The notes beneath the pieces were generated by a model. The model saw nothing but the letters and a program-made list of their open reading frames with translations, did not search any database and had not been told where the DNA came from. From Nemertoderma westbladi (lineage: Eukaryota; Animalia; Xenacoelomorpha): a DNA stretch of 34,269 nt. Below, in pieces: positions 32,089 through 34,269 of this stretch. The stretch is taken from contig JAUCBJ010004699.1 in the NCBI GenBank assembly GCA_032718475.1, forward strand, positions 1-34,269, read 5' to 3'. The position numbers were made by a program, and so were the translations under genes. The stretch's first letter is position 1; each line of letters begins with the position of its first letter.

Positions 32089-34269
32089 GGAATTCCATTC
32101 TGGCCCACAGGCTTTCCACATGGCCGACAGGTTGCTCTTTGCTGAATTCCAGCCATCGGAGTACATGTGTACAGTCCGCATCCAGGCTATACAGCATAAC
32201 AACACCCCGTCAAACAAGTTGAAACTTGTAGTCCTCTGTGTGCCCGTATTTGCGTTTGATGGCATTTGTTATTAGAGCCACAGCCGGTGTCTCACTATCA
32301 TTACATGTCAACGTAATGAAGTAAGTCCAGGCTCCCTCCTTTGTTAAGGCGGCCAGTTCCTTCACTTTTCTGCGAGAATCAACTTCATTAAAATTTAGTT
32401 TTGTTCCCTAATACCTAAGTTTAATTTTTTTAAGTTTAAAAATTCCAGACCACGATGTAGTACAAGGGCTACAGAATTGTTATTTAATTGAGTATTTAGA
32501 AGTATATCAACACGAAATCGAGATAGGTTAGAATTTTTGGTGTTATATTTCCACCTCGTAAACGTATTTCTGTGTGATCGGACAGAGAAGCCAGACCGCG
32601 CTTATTTTCGGTTCTGTTTGAGTACAAAACCGAAGGAAGTGCACCCAATACCGCTTGATCGTCTGGCCTGGCAAAATACAAAACAAGAGGAAAAAGAAAA
32701 GCTTCAGGGAAAAGTAAGGGGACATTACCTTCTGGACTTAATGATGTTATATGGCTGAGTATGTGGTTGAAATTCGCCTGTTTGTGGGCAGAGTATTTCC
32801 TATGTAATACACTGTAATATTCGTTAAGGAGTACGTGTACCCTGGAAGTCGTTGCCACATCACACACTACGACGTTGTCTCTACTGGCATATAAAGTAGA
32901 CTCATCATCATGTTCCTCGTAGAGTTCGTTTGAGCCCAGGATCCCAAGGTGCTGCTCCACGTACTCCAGATCCACCTCGTTGTCCTCCTCTGGATCCATA
33001 AATTGATCCAGTGGATCCTGCCCAACATCCTCGTCTGGGTGGTCATCACCCTCGTCATTCCCATCCATTGGGTCATCGAACTCCCGATCTTGTTGAGCAA
33101 ACGGCCGGATCTCCCACGAAGGTCTCTGCTCCGGATTTTATTGCAGCAGAACCATGATGATGACATATGCCAACGTCGCAATGGTAATATGGCAGACCCC
33201 AAGGACACCTCCACCTAGCGATATTGGTGCAGCCAGTTGTCCAGCACTGGGTTTGATTTGTTAAATGCTGGCGAATGAGGTGAAACTGTGGATGGAATTG
33301 ACACTTAAGAATATTTTGACCGGCAAATTGAGCCAACTGCTTTATGTTTTTTTATTAAATTTTGATGTTGTAATTTCTTAGAAAATACTAGAAATGTAAA
33401 ATGTTTTAAGATATTGGATTTTTGTATATTATTGTTTATATATTTTTTGCCGAATGTGTCCTGAAATAAAAATGTTTCCCCCCATTTAAATATAATTCCT
33501 TGCGAGTTACCATTGCACTGAAGGTAATGGGTTTCGCTTTCTAGAACTATGTCATTTTCTGACGCCCCAAATTCTAAAATATTTCCAGTAAATCGTCTAC
33601 TGCCGCCCCTATAGAACCATTCTATGTTTGCACCACGTGATACCCCGATATGTTCCCTAGTAATAATTTCGTTGAAATCTGAAAGGATTATGGCCGCTTT
33701 CTGGGAGGTACTTGTAATATCAGATTCTGTAGGATCTACTGTAGCTACCCTACATTGTAATACTTCCGCGGTATTTGCTTTTATTCTATATTTATTTCGA
33801 TGTAATGCAGAAGAATGCACTGCCTCAAGTAGTAAAGTGGCAATTGGATTGTCATTTATTAAGTTTTGTATTACCCTATGTGTCGGAGGTGAATGGCATA
33901 AAATCCGAATTATTTCTACAGTCAGTGGGCACTCGTCATTATTAGATATATTTGTGTAGAATGGATTACACCCATAACGGTTGTTTGGGTGTATAAGTGG
34001 CAGTGAGTAGTCCTTGTCGGTATTTTTGCTCCCCTTGTCCCTAGATATATATGTGTCCCATTGATATAGTACTTCATCCATCCCCATGTATGTCGCCGCC
34101 CTAGTACAGTCGTCAATCACGTCCTTGTCAAATTCGTCAGCGTACAGTGTCCCAGATACAAAGTCCTCCCCTAGTTCCCGCCTGTTTAATGTGCACTGCA
34201 GTATGTCAGGTCGATTGTCCAGCACTAATTTTTCATTTTTTGCAAAACTATCATTAGTCACATCATCTG
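32085..34269 (-). pseudogene. Frameshifted large Helitron-like Rep gene: N-terminal region, Cys/His finger, acidic tract, Rep motif I and start of motif II
   Basis: ORFs 33305-34261, 33073-33336 and 32496-33068 join through frameshifts. The sequence continues VLHRGLEF...DSRRKVKELAAL/EGAWTYFITLTCN...PVGHVESLWARMEFQD and breaks before the HUH histidines. Confidence 0.7.

Overview
Eukaryotic, AT-rich, probably invertebrate DNA with no recognisable host housekeeping gene or RNA gene. The window is a dense nest of transposable elements from many unrelated groups. Two ORFs are intact: a piggyBac (PGBD2/3-like) transposase at 14362-16140 (+) and an apparently full-length CRE-clade non-LTR retrotransposon at about 16447-21690 (-). 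The CRE's 1652-aa ORF has an N-terminal Cys cluster, about 47 in-frame TSPGVGYSVP-type repeats, RT, a CCHC knuckle and a restriction-like endonuclease, and it appears inserted into the piggyBac's right end. Degenerate fragments include BEL/Pao gag-pol, several LINE pieces, a second piggyBac, Kolobok-type and Sola2-type transposases, two tyrosine-recombinase families, an Ngaro-type SGNH hydrolase and an atypical Helitron-like Rep gene. There are also many TTAA-flanked termini, MITEs and minisatellites. An unexplained compact ORF cluster with a 23-Cys metallothionein-like ORF lies at 1484-3470. TE fragments are mostly + strand left of about 16.4 kb and mostly - strand to the right. All family assignments come from motif recognition by eye; no searches were run.
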